Positions 45,001-60,000 of a stretch of 64,000 nucleotides of DNA are shown in pieces. The notes beneath the pieces were generated by a model. The model was not told the origin of the DNA, searched no databases, and worked only from the letters and a program-made list of their open reading frames with translations. Source of the stretch: Podarcis bocagei (taxonomy: Eukaryota); NCBI GenBank assembly GCA_964188305.1, contig OZ076896.1; one strand, given 5' to 3'. The translations under genes and the position numbers were made by a program. The first letter of the stretch is position 1. Each line of letters opens with the position of its first letter.

Positions 45001-48000
45001 TGGGGACAGATTGAATGAATAAAAGGAATGTGCAGGTGAGGCGTACTGAAATCCCTCCTTGCTGTTTACCTCTCTATTGTTGGCATCCTTCTGTTTGAAG
45101 AGAGGGGTGTGCCTCTGGGGGAGAAGTCAAACCGCTGCATTAGCAGCACTGATGTGACCTCCCTGGGCATAGCCTCACATAAAGCACAACCTGTTCAGGG
45201 TATCTGTTGGGCCAGCATCTTAATTAAAAAAGGCCCTTAAACTGTGTGTTGGCTGCTTTGTTTGGCATGTTCTCATGTCAGCAATCCATAGTCCAGGAAG
45301 AAATTACACTGACATGTGAACGCTGTATACCAATAGTTGCCAACATTTATGGGTTCAGGGGCACATGTGGAATTTTGAGAATGGCTGATGTCGGGGGTGC
45401 AGTGGCGTAGCGTGGGGGGTGCAGGGGGGCCAGCCGCACCGGGCGCAACATCTGGGGGGGGCGCTCGCACTCGCAGCTCTCTGCCCCTATGGGTTAGGGG
45501 GCGCAAATTACTTGCCTTGCCCCGGGTGCTGAAAACCCACGCTACGCCACTGCGGGGGTGTAGCTTAATGCAGTGGCATGCGGTCAGTGGGCTAGGCGGA
45601 CCAGGCTAATTTACTCCTGGTAAATTAGAGCAGGGGTCAGCAAACTTTTTCAGCAGGGGCCAGTCCACTGTCCCTCAGACCTTGTGGGGGGGCATACTAT
45701 ATTTTGAAATAAAAATAAAAATGAACAAATTCCTGTGCCCCACAAATAACCCAGAGATGCATTTTAAATAAAAGGGCACATTCTACTCATGTAAAAACAC
45801 GCTGATTCGCAGACCGTCTCTGGGCTGGATTTAGAAGGTGTTGGGCCAGATCTGGCCCCCGGGTCTTAGTTTGCCTACCCATGAATCAGAGTATTAAAGC
45901 CTCATTCTTTTCAAAGCCCAGGTGGCGTCTGGCTGGCTTAGGGAGGCAGATGCGATGCTCAGGTGCGCAACTTTGGAATGTCGCAATGTCACACGTGAGA
46001 CGTCGCGCCATCTCAAGTTGGCACCTCTGGCCCTAACTGTTCCCTTATGAAAAAATTCACTGCATGCTACTGGTTTAATGCAAAATGGCTGCCCCCTGCA
46101 GAAGAGCAGACTTTCTCTGTCTTCTTAAGAGAAGCAATTCCATAGATATTCCTTATATTGTTTTCTGCAAAGTGGGTGAGGGTTGTGGGTGAGCGTGAAG
46201 AGACAACATACAGGTATTCAGCAGCCAAAACGGTCAGCTGTTTCGCTAAATTACGGACGTGGAATCTGACACTCTAAATCCTGTTGGACTCAAGTTCCCA
46301 TCAGCCCCAGGTAGCATAACCAGTGGTCCAGGATGATGGGAACTGCAGTCCAAGATCTGGAGAGCCACTGGCTGCCTTAAATGGAGATCCCAAGTGGGTT
46401 GCTCTGTTTATCCCTAAGTCACACCACAGTAGGCATCTTACTCATTTTGATGTTTTGGCTCTGATTTCCCCTCCTTGTTATGCTTTCCTTGAAGTAAACC
46501 ACTGCTTGTTTCCCTTTTGGTTCTACAGTAATCTGCCCAGGTGATGCAGGCAAGGAAGTCCCAGGAAACAGAACCTGGGCGCTTTCTTCTACCGGTGATT
46601 CAGGATTTGAGGAATTTGAACGGCTATGGAGCAAATCGAAAACTGTCCCTCTTTACTTGAGCATCCTTGTTCTGCTATTGAATTTCAAGTCTCCCTCTTT
46701 CTTTGCCAAATTCAACGTCTTAGGTAGGCAATGATTTGACTGGAGAATGTACAGTCTGTGTTGGGGCAGAATGCCCCACAGTTACCACAAGACCTGAAAT
46801 GTTTCCCCATTGGATATCCACTGTTTTCACTTAATCGGTTAGTCAATATTGCATCATTTCCCCTGAACTGAGAGCCAGGCTACACTTTACACAACAGATC
46901 TGTGATCAGATCTCTCCCAATGTCTTTTGTAAAGCTTAAAACATGGGTGGGCAATCTTTTTTTCTGTTGAGGGCTGCTTTCTGTCAGGGATTGCATACTC
47001 ATGGTGGGCAAGACTGAAGCCAGCAGTGGGCGGAGCCAGTGCCAAAAGTAGGTGGGGTCACTCCTTCTCTTCGACCTGCCCTGCTAAATAGGCTGTTGGA
47101 AGATGGGCACATCGCTCTTCCAGTACCTTTTTAATACAAGAAGCTTGTGTTAAAAGGCAACCAGTTCTTTTTATTTATCCTTTGCTCTTCAGTAAATTCA
47201 TTTCCCAGAACCTCAGGGTTTATAAATTTCATTCAGGAATTTTGTTATTTTCTCTCCCTCTTTCCCCCACCCTTTTACAAATTTCTTAGATTTAGAGCAG
47301 CCAATAATAATAGCCACTTTGGGCGGCTTCCAACAAAATATTAAAATACAGTAATGCATCAAACATTAAAAGCTTCCCTAAACAGGGCTGCCTTCAGATG
47401 TCTTCTAAAAGTCTGGTAGCTGTTGTTCTCTTTGACATCAAGTAAACTTGCATTAACATGATTTTCTGACCCCTCTCCATGTGTTCTCTTGTTCGAACCT
47501 GGCTGAATAAGATGCAAAATAATTTTATCTCAGTTGCATTAATCTCAAAGCTGATTTGCAAATGAAAAACAAAACACAGAAAAGGGCAAGTGAAGAGGGA
47601 AGGATCGGAGGCAGGGGAGCTGTTTTGGGTTGGTCCAAGCTAGAGATCGAAAAGCAACACTTCTGCTCCTACTTAATTTAAATGTATCTGAGTGACTTGT
47701 GGTTTTCCCTCTTCCCTTATTGCAGGTACCGTTTCAGTCATCTACCTAGTTATCCTCGTTACTGTGAAAGCTGCTCTCTTGGGATTCCATTTAGAATTTG
47801 ACTGGTTTAAATCAACCACATATTTTGTACCAGGTAAACTTTATATATATATAAAACAGCCATCAGTATTGACTTTAAAACACTCCATTTTAATCATCTG
47901 ATAAGATGAAAGTGGTTTCGAAAGTATTCTTCAGCCCCTGTATATAATTCCTTTTGAATTGGTTACCAGTACAGTTCAGGCTACTATATCACTATTGGAA

Positions 48001-51000
48001 TTAATTGCAAGAAACGTAGATTGAGTTGGAACAGTAGGGTGTAGGTGGCCATTTATACACTGGTCATTTGCAATTTATAAGAGCCATTAACCAAGGAGCA
48101 AAATGCTCAAGCATGCCATGCAGTTTAAATATTTTAAATGAGGCCTTTAAAGAAAATGGGGATTTTCCAGGTGTTGTCGGACTCCAACTCACAACATTCA
48201 GGCCCTTGGCCATAGTGGCTGGAGGAGATGGGAACTGGAGTGCAGCAGTAGCTAGGGGACCACAGCTTTCCCATCCCTGATTATAATTTATTGGACCCAA
48301 TATCATTCTGTGGTGGCTGATCTCAATAATAACAGTAGTACTTAAGAAAAAGAAATTACCGTATTTTTCGCTCCATAAGACACACTTTTTCCCTCCTAAA
48401 AAGTAAGGGGAAATGTGTGTGTGTCTCATGGAGCAAAAGCAGGTGGGAGGCTCTGCTCAGCACTCCCTTTTAAAGAGCTGCGCCTAGCGTGTGTGCAGCT
48501 CTTGGGGGCTTTTCCGCGAGGTGGGAGAAGGGACTGACAGACTGCCCTCTGTCCCTTCCCACACCTCCCAGAAAAGCCAGCAAGAGCCGCTGCCAGGCTC
48601 TGCTCAGCGCTCCCTTGTAAGGGCTCCCTTCGTCGCTTCTCCCGCTTTGCTGGGAAGCCAGCAGAACAAGAGGTACTGTGCAGCTATCGCTCTTGCTCTG
48701 CTGGCTTCAGCGAGAGCTGCGCAGTTTGCTCTGCTGGCTTCTCAGTGAAGCGGGAGGGGCGACGGAAGGGTTTAAAGCAAGAAAAGCGAGAGCCGCTTAC
48801 ATGCTCTGTGCAGAATTTTTTCCCCCCTTGCTTTCCCCCTCTAAAAACTAGGTGCGTCTCATGGTCAGGTGCATCTTATGGAGCGAAAAATATGGTACAT
48901 CAGTACCTAGTGCAATTCTTGTTGCATAATCCTTACAACAAGCCTGTCAGGAGGGCTGGTATGATCACCCTCTATTACAGGTGCAATAATTTTTGTGTAA
49001 GCAATGGAGGTTTGACTAAGGCCACCAAGCAAGTTTCATGAACTGATTTCCCCTTCCGCCATCAAGTTGCTCTTTCATTTATGCTCTTAAGCACTTTGCT
49101 GGCACCAGCCCTGCAAACATCAGGCCACCAGAATTCCCACACACACCAGGGCCCCATCTGCTTTGCTCTCACACCTGCATCCATATATGGCTTTTCCTCT
49201 CCTTCAGCTTCTCAGTTCTGCCAAAGGAGATGGAGGGGAGAGGGATTGACTACGGTATTTGAATGGGTAGAGAATTCCTTTCCTCATTTGACACAGTCTC
49301 AATTCAGGAAGGGCATCAGGTGGAACAAGGGCTGTCCTCTCCCCCCTTTTCTGCGATCCAGGCCTCTAGCTGTGTGGGACCAACTAGCCCTATTAACCTC
49401 TTGCCCATAGTGATGCCTAGGATGATCAGTGTGGGGAGGAAGGAGAAGAGCTCCATCCAAGACTTGGCAACACTTTCAGGGTCTCCCCCATGCAGCTGAA
49501 TCTACTCAGGTGTGGGGAAATGGTTGCATAAGAAGCAGACCCAGGTCTGACAATTGCAGAGTGATTTCAGCACAGCATGAAGGTTGGGTTTTCTGGCCAG
49601 AGGCTGTGGGTGGGTTGACTTTTCCAGCTTGCTAGCACCTGGAGCTTGCATTGGCACTAGTCAAAATGCTCTTGAGGCCATTAGCCTCTTTTTCTTCCTC
49701 CAGAAGGCTTGTAATGAGGCATCAGGGACCTTCACTAGGAGTCTCATTCTGCTGCCAAAAAAAAAAAAAAGAGAGAGAGCTCTGAAGAACTTGCTTTCTT
49801 CATGTGGTGTCTGATTAGAATTAGGTACTCGCTTCGCCTGGGGAATCGTTATGTCAGTTGCTAACATTTAATTAATTCTTGCTGGGGGAAGTAGAAACAC
49901 CCTTTCTGCCCACTCCCCAGTGAATTTCAGAGGGGTTCAGCCCCACCCTACCCTGGTAATGCATTTGCTTTAGAGAACAGTTCATCTGTTCTCCAGGTCA
50001 CAATAGATCAGTCGTCATAAACCCAAAGAGAACTTCTGGCGACTGTTCCCAACACAGCTTTCCTCCACAGAAGAACACATGTGGAAAATCTTGTACAGTG
50101 GTACCTCTGGTTGCATACTTAATTGGTTCCGGAGGTCCGTTCTTAACCTGAAACTGTTCTTAACCTGAGACACCACTTTAGCTAATGGGGCCTCCTGCTG
50201 CCGCTGCAATGCCGGAGCACGATTTCTGTTCTCATCCTGAAGCAAAGTTCTTAACCCAAGGTACTATTTCTGGGTTAGCGGAGTCTGTAACCTGAAGCGT
50301 CTGTAACCTGAAGCATATGTAACCCAAGGTACTACTGTATAAGAAGTCCCTGTCCATATTCTAGTGAATGGAACTAATTCTATTCCAACATCGTCTTCCC
50401 GCAAATGCCATTGTCATAAGTTTGTTTATCTGTAAAACTTGCATCCTGTACTTCTGTCAGAAAACCCCAGAACACCTGCTGCAAATACATACATAAAGCA
50501 CAATAATAATAAAGCATCACATAGGTTGTCTTTTCACTGCAGAGGCTAATATTGCCGTCATAAAAGCCTACACAAAAAGCAGGTCTTCAGGGAGCGCTAA
50601 AAGCTATGCTGCGCCAAATCACAGTGAAGGGAAGGGCTATAGCTCAGTGAGAGAGAGCATCTGCTTTGAATGCAGAAGGTCCCTGGTTGAGTCTGTGGCA
50701 TTTCCAGGTAGGGATAGGAATGTCCCCTATCTGAAACCCTGGAAAGCTGCTGCTAGTCAGTGTAGACCAGGCTTCCTCAACTTCGGCCCTCCAGATGTTT
50801 TGAGATTACAATTCCCAGCATCCCGGACCAATGGTCCTGCTAGCTAGGGATCATGGGAGTTGTAGGCCAAAAACATCTGGAGGGCCAAGGTTGAGGAAGC
50901 CTAGTGTAGACATTACTAAGCTACATGGACCAGTCATCTGCCTTGGTTTGAGGAAGCTGGTTCCCTTCTAGTTTTCAGAGGAAGAGCATACCACAACTGA

Positions 51001-54000
51001 GGTGCTCTTGCTAAGAAGGCCATCTGATGGGCAGTTGATGCTGAGATTTCACCTAAGGAACTTAAGGAACTACCAGCAGGATATCAAGTCATGGGTTAGA
51101 TTATGTGCTTGGTTGAGGGGGTGCATTTCTACAGATTTGAGGGGTCCCCCCCCTTAAAATTAGCAGTATAAAAATTTTATGAGGTAAATAGCAGAGTTCC
51201 TCTAAGGAAGGGAAGAAAAGAGCTGTGTTAAATTGAAAGGTATTACAGGAAGAAATGTTTTAAATGGGGCAATTGAGGAAAACTGTAGGTGCTGCTGGTT
51301 GTGAGCATGGAGAGTTTCTTTCTCATCTTAAGTGTGAGCCCCACACAAAACATCACATGAAATCTCAAGTCTCGAGAATAGTCTCGAGATAGCAAAGTGT
51401 ACCTATCCACCAGCTATCTCCTCCTCCTACCTGTTTGTAGTTATTCATTAATTTATATTTTTGTCCTGCTCTTCTACCAAGGAACTCGGGGTGGCATATA
51501 TGGTTCCCCACCCCCACCCACCCCCACAAATGCCTTTTTATCCTCAAAACAAACCTGCAAAGTAGGTTAGTCTGAGGGATGATGACTGGCCCATGCTCAC
51601 TTGGTAGGCTTCATGGCTGAGTGGGAATTTGAAGTTGTTTCCTCTGGTCCTATAATCCATTCCTCTGGTCCTATAATCCATTCCTCTGCCCAATCATACT
51701 ACGCTGGGTCTCTCAGCTGGCTTGCCCCATAACAAGATTGGCAGGAAGTGGATCGGAGAAAAGCCCTTTCCCCCTCTCAATCCACTCTGTGGTGGGACGG
51801 AATACGTGAAGGAAATAATTCTCTTATATTCCCAGGTTGATTTTTCTTATCTCTCTCACACATAATAATAATAATAATAATAATTTATTTTATTTCAGTG
51901 TTCTAAAGAGGGTAAAAATTAGTATATGAACATGTTCCGCAAGTTATTTTTCTGGAGTCCTCCCACTCAGTTTACTTGGAAAGTGAGCCAGGACAGAAGC
52001 AGACTAGCCCAACTCCCTGAAGGCCACGGGGCTGCAGCTGTTGAGGAGAGAGAGGAAGCACTGCATGCCTTTGTTCTATTATGTATAAACTTTAGCACAG
52101 TTAAAATACTATTTAACAAATGCTTTCTCTAATCTACTTTCAGTATTCTTGTTTCCCGCCTTTCTCTCTTGTGTGTCTCTCTCAATATAGGAAGGAATGC
52201 TAAGGGGCTGTCTTCATGCAGGCAGTTGCCCCATGGTGGCCAATTCAGAGGCAACCGTGTGCACATAGCAAAGTTAAATATGTGACATTTATATTATCCC
52301 ACCAATACAACCACCTCCTTTTTGTGGTTTCAGTTGATAGGGAGGCAGTGTTGGAATGCAAGAAAGCTGGCTTGTGCCGTTGTCTGTCACAATCGTTGTC
52401 TGTTAGGCTGTGCACTTGCAAGAGCTGATGTAATTTAGTGACCACATAATGTGAGCTCCCAGCTCAAATGCTATGAACTCGCTAAGCAACTTGCTCTCTT
52501 TCAGCCCCTCCCATTGAAATGGAAAGTTAAACTTCCAGTTTATGATAAACTGCTTCCCCCCCTTTGCAAAGCTCAGGGTGCAGCATAAATTAACCTGTCA
52601 AAAATACTTTCGCCTTTTCAGGAGAAATTTGAAATACTGATTTCTTGAGCTTACCATGTAGAAAAAAGGAGTTACAGTGACCCATTTTTTTTGTCAGTCA
52701 TGTCCTGCTTTATAATTTAAGTTGTACAATTTTGTAACATACCACCATTTAGAGAAATAGAGTATTACAAAACTGGGCCAGATTTATTACTGCCCCATGT
52801 AACGGTAAGTGCCGCAGCTTTAAGTGCTTCAATACAGATGGCAGAACCTAATATGGTTCTGTGTTCCTTTTTTTGTATATTTTTTATAGGCGATGGACAA
52901 AATTCATAAAACTAAGGTCATTTCTCATTAAAAGCAAAAAGAGTTGCTGCTTGCTATAATGCAAAACATATGTAACTTTGACGAATTTGTAAGGAGTCCA
53001 CGCCGAGATTCCGGATTTGCGGTTTGGAAAATGTTTCTCCCCTCTTCTCCCATCCCCTATAATAGTGTAAATAATGGCGCTAAAAAGGTTTCCTAGTCAA
53101 TGGCTGACCTTTGCGGTAAACATCATTTCCCATCCAAACAATGAAATATGGAGTGATTGAGCTTTAGTTTGACAGCAGGGATAGGAAAAACCATTTGCGC
53201 TGCTAGAGAGATGCGCACTTCTCTTAGTCCTCCTTGGTAAAGATCCAAATAGAAAAGATGCCTCAGGGACAAAACAAGAACAGTTGCAGACAAATAGCTT
53301 GTGTGGGCCACAGTGGCATGCAAACTCCATGGAGATGGTCCAGTTTGTGCCATATGCATATTCATACCTGAGAGAGTTCATTTTACCTGCGACTGCAGTT
53401 GCATCAATTTCAGCTTAGCTTGATTTACAATGCAGCACAGAGCTGTTCCCTGACAGCCCTCCAGATGTCCTTCGTCAGAAAACACTGCTCAGATTTTGCT
53501 GTTTACTGGCACACTTAATCTGTGAATGTTTATAGTCTGCATGGTTATCCAAACAGAGCAGGGTAGCGGGTGGAGGGAAGAGGGCTGGAGAATGATGCAG
53601 CTTTGATGAATTATTTGTGAATTGGAACAGATGTCAAGCCAAGCAAACTGCATTTTGGTGAATCCAGATTTTTTTAACTTTAATCAGACCAGTCCTACAA
53701 ACTTTGCAAGTTCACCCCTGGCATTCTGTTAGATCGTGGGTGGGCAAGGTGTCTCATCTTTCAACTGCCATCCCTGAATCTGAAGCAGGCAGGGCAGTCA
53801 CCCCATGTTTCTACCCATTTTTATGAAACGGAAAGAGCACACTGGACACATTCTGCACAGCTACTAGGCTAGGGGAACAGTAAAAAGAAAAGGGTGGTGG
53901 TGTTTAGAATAGTAGTCTTGGTGGCAGATTGGTGCATTATTCTGCATAAATTTCCTAGGTTGTTGTTGTTGTTGTTGTTTTCCAAAATATGGGCATTTTG

Positions 54001-57000
54001 TCAGACAGTCTTTTAAAAATCGTTTTTCTGGGGGCTTTTTAATAAAAAAAAGTATTAAACCATTTATTTATTTAAATAACCCTGTAACCTATGCTACATC
54101 ATTTTCACAATACAAATGTAGGGGGAGAGCAATCTTGGTTCATTTCATGAGTAGAAAAACAATGCCTCTTAATTATCCCAGCAGGATCAGTCCACAGAGT
54201 CCTATGGGTGGATGGTGGAATCCCACAACCACCTTGTCCATTGAATAAAAGTATACCATTGAGCTCATTGTCCTCATACTGAGCTATTCTCAAAGCTCGG
54301 CTTGTTTAGTTAGTATTTCTGGCAAAATGCTTTGCCAGATGTAATAACACTCCCCCCCCCCCCCAAAGCAAGCCTGCAAAATGGTTGTGGCATTTGTTGA
54401 AGGAGCTAGATGAGCACTCCAACACCCAACTGGTACAGCAAGGAAACGTTTAGCCGCAAAATTACATTTCTTTTACTCAGCAGTAAAAAACATAATTTTT
54501 AAAAGGTACGTAATATGAATTGGGTGGTGAGAAGAAGAAACTAGTTGGTGTTTTTGGCTGTTAAATGAGAAATGGAAAGGTGGCACTCACCAAGAAGCAC
54601 AAAAAACAGGGGGATTAAGATTATTGATGGTTAAAACATGAAACAGAACTTCTAGACGTTAAAAATCCTTGTTTAAAAATACTTGTTGGGGTTTTTTGTT
54701 TTTTTAAAAAAGGTTGATAAATTTGTGGCTGTTCAAGTGTTTAAAGCGAGGGTCAGCAAACTTTTTCAGTGGGGGGCCAGTCCACTGTCCCTCAGACCTT
54801 GTGGAGCGCTAGACTATATTTTTTGGGGGAATGAACAAATTCCTATGCCCCACAAATAACCCAGAGATGCATTTTAAATAAAAGGACACATTCTACTCAT
54901 GTAAAAACACACTGATTCTAGGAATGTCAGCAGACCGGATATAGAAGGTGGTTGGGCTGGATCCGGCCCCCGGGCCTTAGTTTGCCTACGCATGGCTTAA
55001 AAGTTTAGTGAACCTGTTGACATCTTTTCTCCATTGATCAGCATCCCCCTCTCAAAGCTTGCATTGGCTGTCACTAACCACTATGCCTGACACTAAGGCA
55101 GTCAAATTTCAAATAACAACCATAACCATAGCAGAACACTCTTGCGGGGATGGAATCATATTTTCCCAACATGCAAACTGGGTTTTCCTGGGGGAAAGCT
55201 ATTTCCTTGTGATAGAAGTGCTTTGTTAAAAAAAAAAAAAGAATTGTGCAGCAACTACATAATAATTTTGTTCCTCCCATCCTCCATAGAGACCCTTACA
55301 CTCAGGGTTAGTGTTTTGCTGTTGCCTACCAATTTCTGAACTTCAAAATTCCCGTGCCTGAATTAGTGTCATTTTGCAGGCGGTGGAGTGGGGCGGAATA
55401 ATATGATGCAGACCGTAATGAGCGGTTACGAATCCATTTGGATGATTCTTACTTTTAGGGCAGAAAAGCTGAATTTAAAGTAGGCTAAACGAAACGTATT
55501 TTCCCCATGCATGTGTTTGTTGGTAATCAAGAAGAGAAAACTTCCAAGGGCAATTAGGAATACAGTATCCTGGAGACAGATGTGCATTGTATTGTCTTAA
55601 GAGGAGCCATCTCCTTGCAGTAATAAGTGCCAGGACAGAGCTTTATCGCATTTGAGCAAGGGCAGAGAAACAGCAGGAACTCTGAAACAAATGACCTTCT
55701 GCAGCTGACATCAAAAGCAGCAAGCTAATCCAATATAGAGCACAAATGCTTATTGGAAGGCATTTCTCTGGCTCCTCTCCCATTTGCCAAAACTGATTAT
55801 ATCCCACCCTGAACCCATTTGTTCCATCATGTAGATTGAACGGTGTGTTCAGAGTGGTAAATAGAACAGAGACAGTTAAAGGGAGTTATACTGAATATAT
55901 GTGTCAGGGAACTGCCATCAGTACTGGAGGGGGAGCGCAAAAGCCAGAGGGATTCCAGAGAGCGTCCAGGGATCGGGAGGAGCAGCCCATCTCCTGGGGA
56001 AGAGAATCAGCGTAGCACCAGTGGAGAAGGGGGGCAGGTGGGGGAAGCGGCGAGGCGGTCCCATGACTCCTTGCCTGGGACCAGCGGGGAGAGTAGGGGT
56101 CCTCCGTTGCCCACGCCCTCCCTGCGCAGAAGGCTTTCGCGCAGAGATGGTAGGCGGAGACTAGGCGTCAAAGAACTTCTTTGCTGGAAGAAGTTTAAGA
56201 AACGCCCACTCACGGATTCTGCCAGCGATTGAGTCAGCCACAGGTGAGTGGCTGTCCGGACAGAAGAGGTTCACTTTGGCTGCCCAGCCAGGTGTTTGCA
56301 CCCAGCCAGGGAGATAGGCACCTGCTTACGCACGAGCAACCCCTTAGAACCATTACAATATGCTTTAAAAAAAATGCTGCCTTGGACCTCCATATTGGAG
56401 GAAGAATGTAAGTTAGACATTCTGCTAATAAAAGGAATACAGGATTTATATTTAAAATATACAAGGTGTCAGGTCTATAAGTAATTCCCTGTTTCCCGTC
56501 ACTAATTTCATAGAATCATAGAATTGTAGAGCTGGAAGGGACCACGACCCTGAGATTAATAGTCTCATGTTGTACGGACTATGCTATCAGTTTGATGTTA
56601 ATTACCAACACGTTGTTGCAATGTGAGTGGATGGTATTCAAACCGGGGGGTGGGGGGTGGATATTAAACACAAAAGTTCCTCCCTCCTCTGCCCAAGATC
56701 AGGAATTGATGTTGGTTCAATGCATTCTCTCCTCATTCGTGTTCCCTTCATAACATACAGAAGTGTTTCCCAGAGTTTTTGAAAGTAACCCAGGATATCA
56801 AATCACTTTTCTCTAGTGGTTTCAGTATTCAGAAGGACATATGAGAAAACATGTTTACCCAAGAACCATTCTTGATCTCATGGCACAGGATTAAAGAATT
56901 CAGTTTTCTGACATCCTTCAAGCCTTTGTTGCAATTCTAAAAATTAGAACGCTTTCAAGACTTTGTGCCAATACTGCTGCTTCTTTTTTGTAACATCTGA

Positions 57001-60000
57001 GCAGTATACCCAATAAAAACAGTCATGTTGGAGCACTGGTATTGCACATGTGCTATACTACACACACACACACACACACACACACACCCATTCATAAAAT
57101 TTTGTGAGACCTGACAATAAGCTTTCAAGTTATATTGAAAAGAAGTGCTTTAATCCCTGCTTCAGTAGTTCCTTATTTACTTCCTGCGCTACTGAATTTG
57201 GTATTTAATTTTTCACGATAGGTAACTTTATTTTAGATTTTCTCAACTGTCAGAGGAGATTCAGGCCTTGCTCAGATGCAACAACAAAACAGGGTTTGTT
57301 TTGAGCCTTAAGGCCGGATGCTTCCTTCCCTACTCCTAAAATAATTAAAGTACAGACATACCTTGGAGGTTGAAGGAATCTTGTTCCGGAAGTCCATTCA
57401 ACTTCCAAAACGGTCAACTTCCAAGGCGTGGCTTCTGATTGGCTGCAGGAGCGTCCTGCAGCCAATTGGAAGCTGCGCCAGACGTGTGTCTTCTGAAAAT
57501 CGTTTGAAAACTGGCACAATCACTTCCGGCTTTCTATCGTTCAGGAGCCAGAACGTTCAAGATGCACAGGTGTCTGGCTTCTAAGTTTACACTGTATTCA
57601 TTTCTGCCAATGAGCTGCATCAGCACTCAGCAAATGGGTGGTTTGCTCAAATTTGTTAACAAAGCAATTGGTAAAGCTGCTTGTTTGATATGTGTTTGGC
57701 TACTACTGTTCCTCTTCCTTTTACCATGCTTCCCCCTTCAAGAAATTATTGACGTTTCTCCTATATGGCGCAGCTGGAGCCTTAAAATTGGCCACAGAAC
57801 CAGGCCCAGGAATCAGTAAAGTGAGAGAGCAGTGGTACCTATTATAGTGGTGTTGGCAGCCATTTTGTTAATTATAATTTATTTTTGTTTCTCCAGAGTT
57901 CAGGACTCTGTTTCCTCAGCTTACAGGGGTGCTGACTCTGGCCTTCTTTATTCATAATTGTGTAATTACACTGCTTAAGAACAACAAGAACCAGGAAAGC
58001 AATGTAAGTACAGCACGAGGGATTTGTATCTACATATAATGGAACCACTCTTGTATGAGCTGCTTTTGCATACTAGATGTGATGTGCACAGATATAAAAG
58101 AACTTGCATTCTTGGTCCTTTCCCCAAGATTCTGCCCTGCTCCTTTATGCTGCATCACTTGTGCGTATCTTAACCGTTGGCTGGGTGAATTGGTGGGGAG
58201 GTACACGCAGGAACAACCTGTGCATACAGCAATTGGCTACTGTTGGGGTTAGATCCACATCTGAATCCTGAAGTTAGAGCCATAAGACAGGGAGTGGCAG
58301 CATGCATATTATGTAGGTGAACGGAATGCCTCCAAAGAATTTGAAACGTAGATGGAACGTGTTTTCTTTTCACATGTTCTCTCGAATAGACAAAATGGCA
58401 GCCCCCAAACTAAAATGCATGAACTAAAATGGGTTGCAAACCTTCGCCAGGGTTTAACATGGGTGGCCGACTTATTTTGCTCTGAGGGCTACTCTTAATT
58501 TGTTCATTTGCATGAAACAAAGACATCCTGCATATCGTTTTCCTGAGCATGCTAGATAACTAATCTCCCCTAATGCGTGTGCAGTCTTCTCATTCTGAAA
58601 TTATTATCCTCAAGTCTGGGAAAGTTAGCATCACTTCTAAAGATAAGCTGATATAAACAGCCAAAGAGTTGAAAAAAGCATTAGGAAATGGGGCTTTACT
58701 GCACTGGCCTTTTCCATACTTCAAGCGTATTTGTCATTACGACTCTAAGCTTTTTTCCTACAACCTTGAGTTTTAGACCATGGAGGGATTGAATTGGAGG
58801 CTCCAGTAAGATGCACAAAAATATCTCAGAAGGTCCAGGTTGCCTGCAGTGGTAGATCTGGTCTCCATTGTGAGCTACATGATCTTTGAGCTGAAATCTC
58901 TGGCTCAGATCTCAGCTCAGCCATAAGGTCACCGTATGACTTTATTAAAGCCTGCGTCTCTCAATCTGCCTCAAGCCCCCGCCCCAATCTGTAATGTGGG
59001 GATAATATTACTGCTTAGTGCTTACAGCACTTGAAGTTGCTGTGTGTGACCTAATGTGATCCACTAGTTTGAAACCACCCTTCCCACCATCATCAGTAAC
59101 ATGTAGATAATAATACTAGCTTGAGGTTGTTATGAAGGCAGCAAAAGATAGTAGCTGAGATAAGTGTGGAACATTTACTGATCAGGCCGGGTTCTTTTTC
59201 GCCCGTGATGAAGTATGTTTGGTTTTTATCATTTATATTCTGAGCAAGCACCTGTTCTGATCAGTTAATTATGACTCTGGTTCCATTTGTTTTTGGTAAT
59301 GCCCAATTAAATTTCCCACAAAAATTAGCATGTTGGGGAAATGGCTAGGTTTCTTCTCCTGGACATCTTTGTGTAAGAATTATATTTTTTTAGTTGTATG
59401 AAGGAGTACTCAATTGCATGAGTCGCCACCTGAAGTCTTAAGTGGTAAAGTCGGATCACTTATTCTATTGTTTGCAAGAATTAGGCTGTTAGATGCTTCA
59501 GGTGTGTCCGCCCCACGCCCCTGGTAACATGTTTAAACCATGTCTTTGACACAGATAAAATCTCTACCATGTTATCCAAGGTCTCGTATGGAGGGTTTAT
59601 TTAGCAAACTGAGCCATAAGATAGCCTTTCTTCATTATCCTTTTCTGTGTGTGGGGTGAGTGGGGAAAGATTAATCAATATAACAGCTGGAAGAGTATCC
59701 CGTTAACATGCTGCAGGTTTGATAAGTGAAAATCATAGGTGTGCTCTGAAGTTGCACTTTTATACAGTTTCATACAAGAGGATTTAATAACAATGATTTT
59801 GCTCTGTGCCGGTTTCTATGACATCATAATGCCTCTTGAGGACTGGAACTGGAAAAATGATTGAACTGAGCAACAAAAATAAGCAGGAGTATAGAATGCC
59901 TTCCATACGTGGAGAAGCAAAAAAAACCACTGGGGTCCTTGAACTTAGAAAACGAATGACTAAGGAGGGATTTGATAGAAGCATATAAACCCACAAATAG

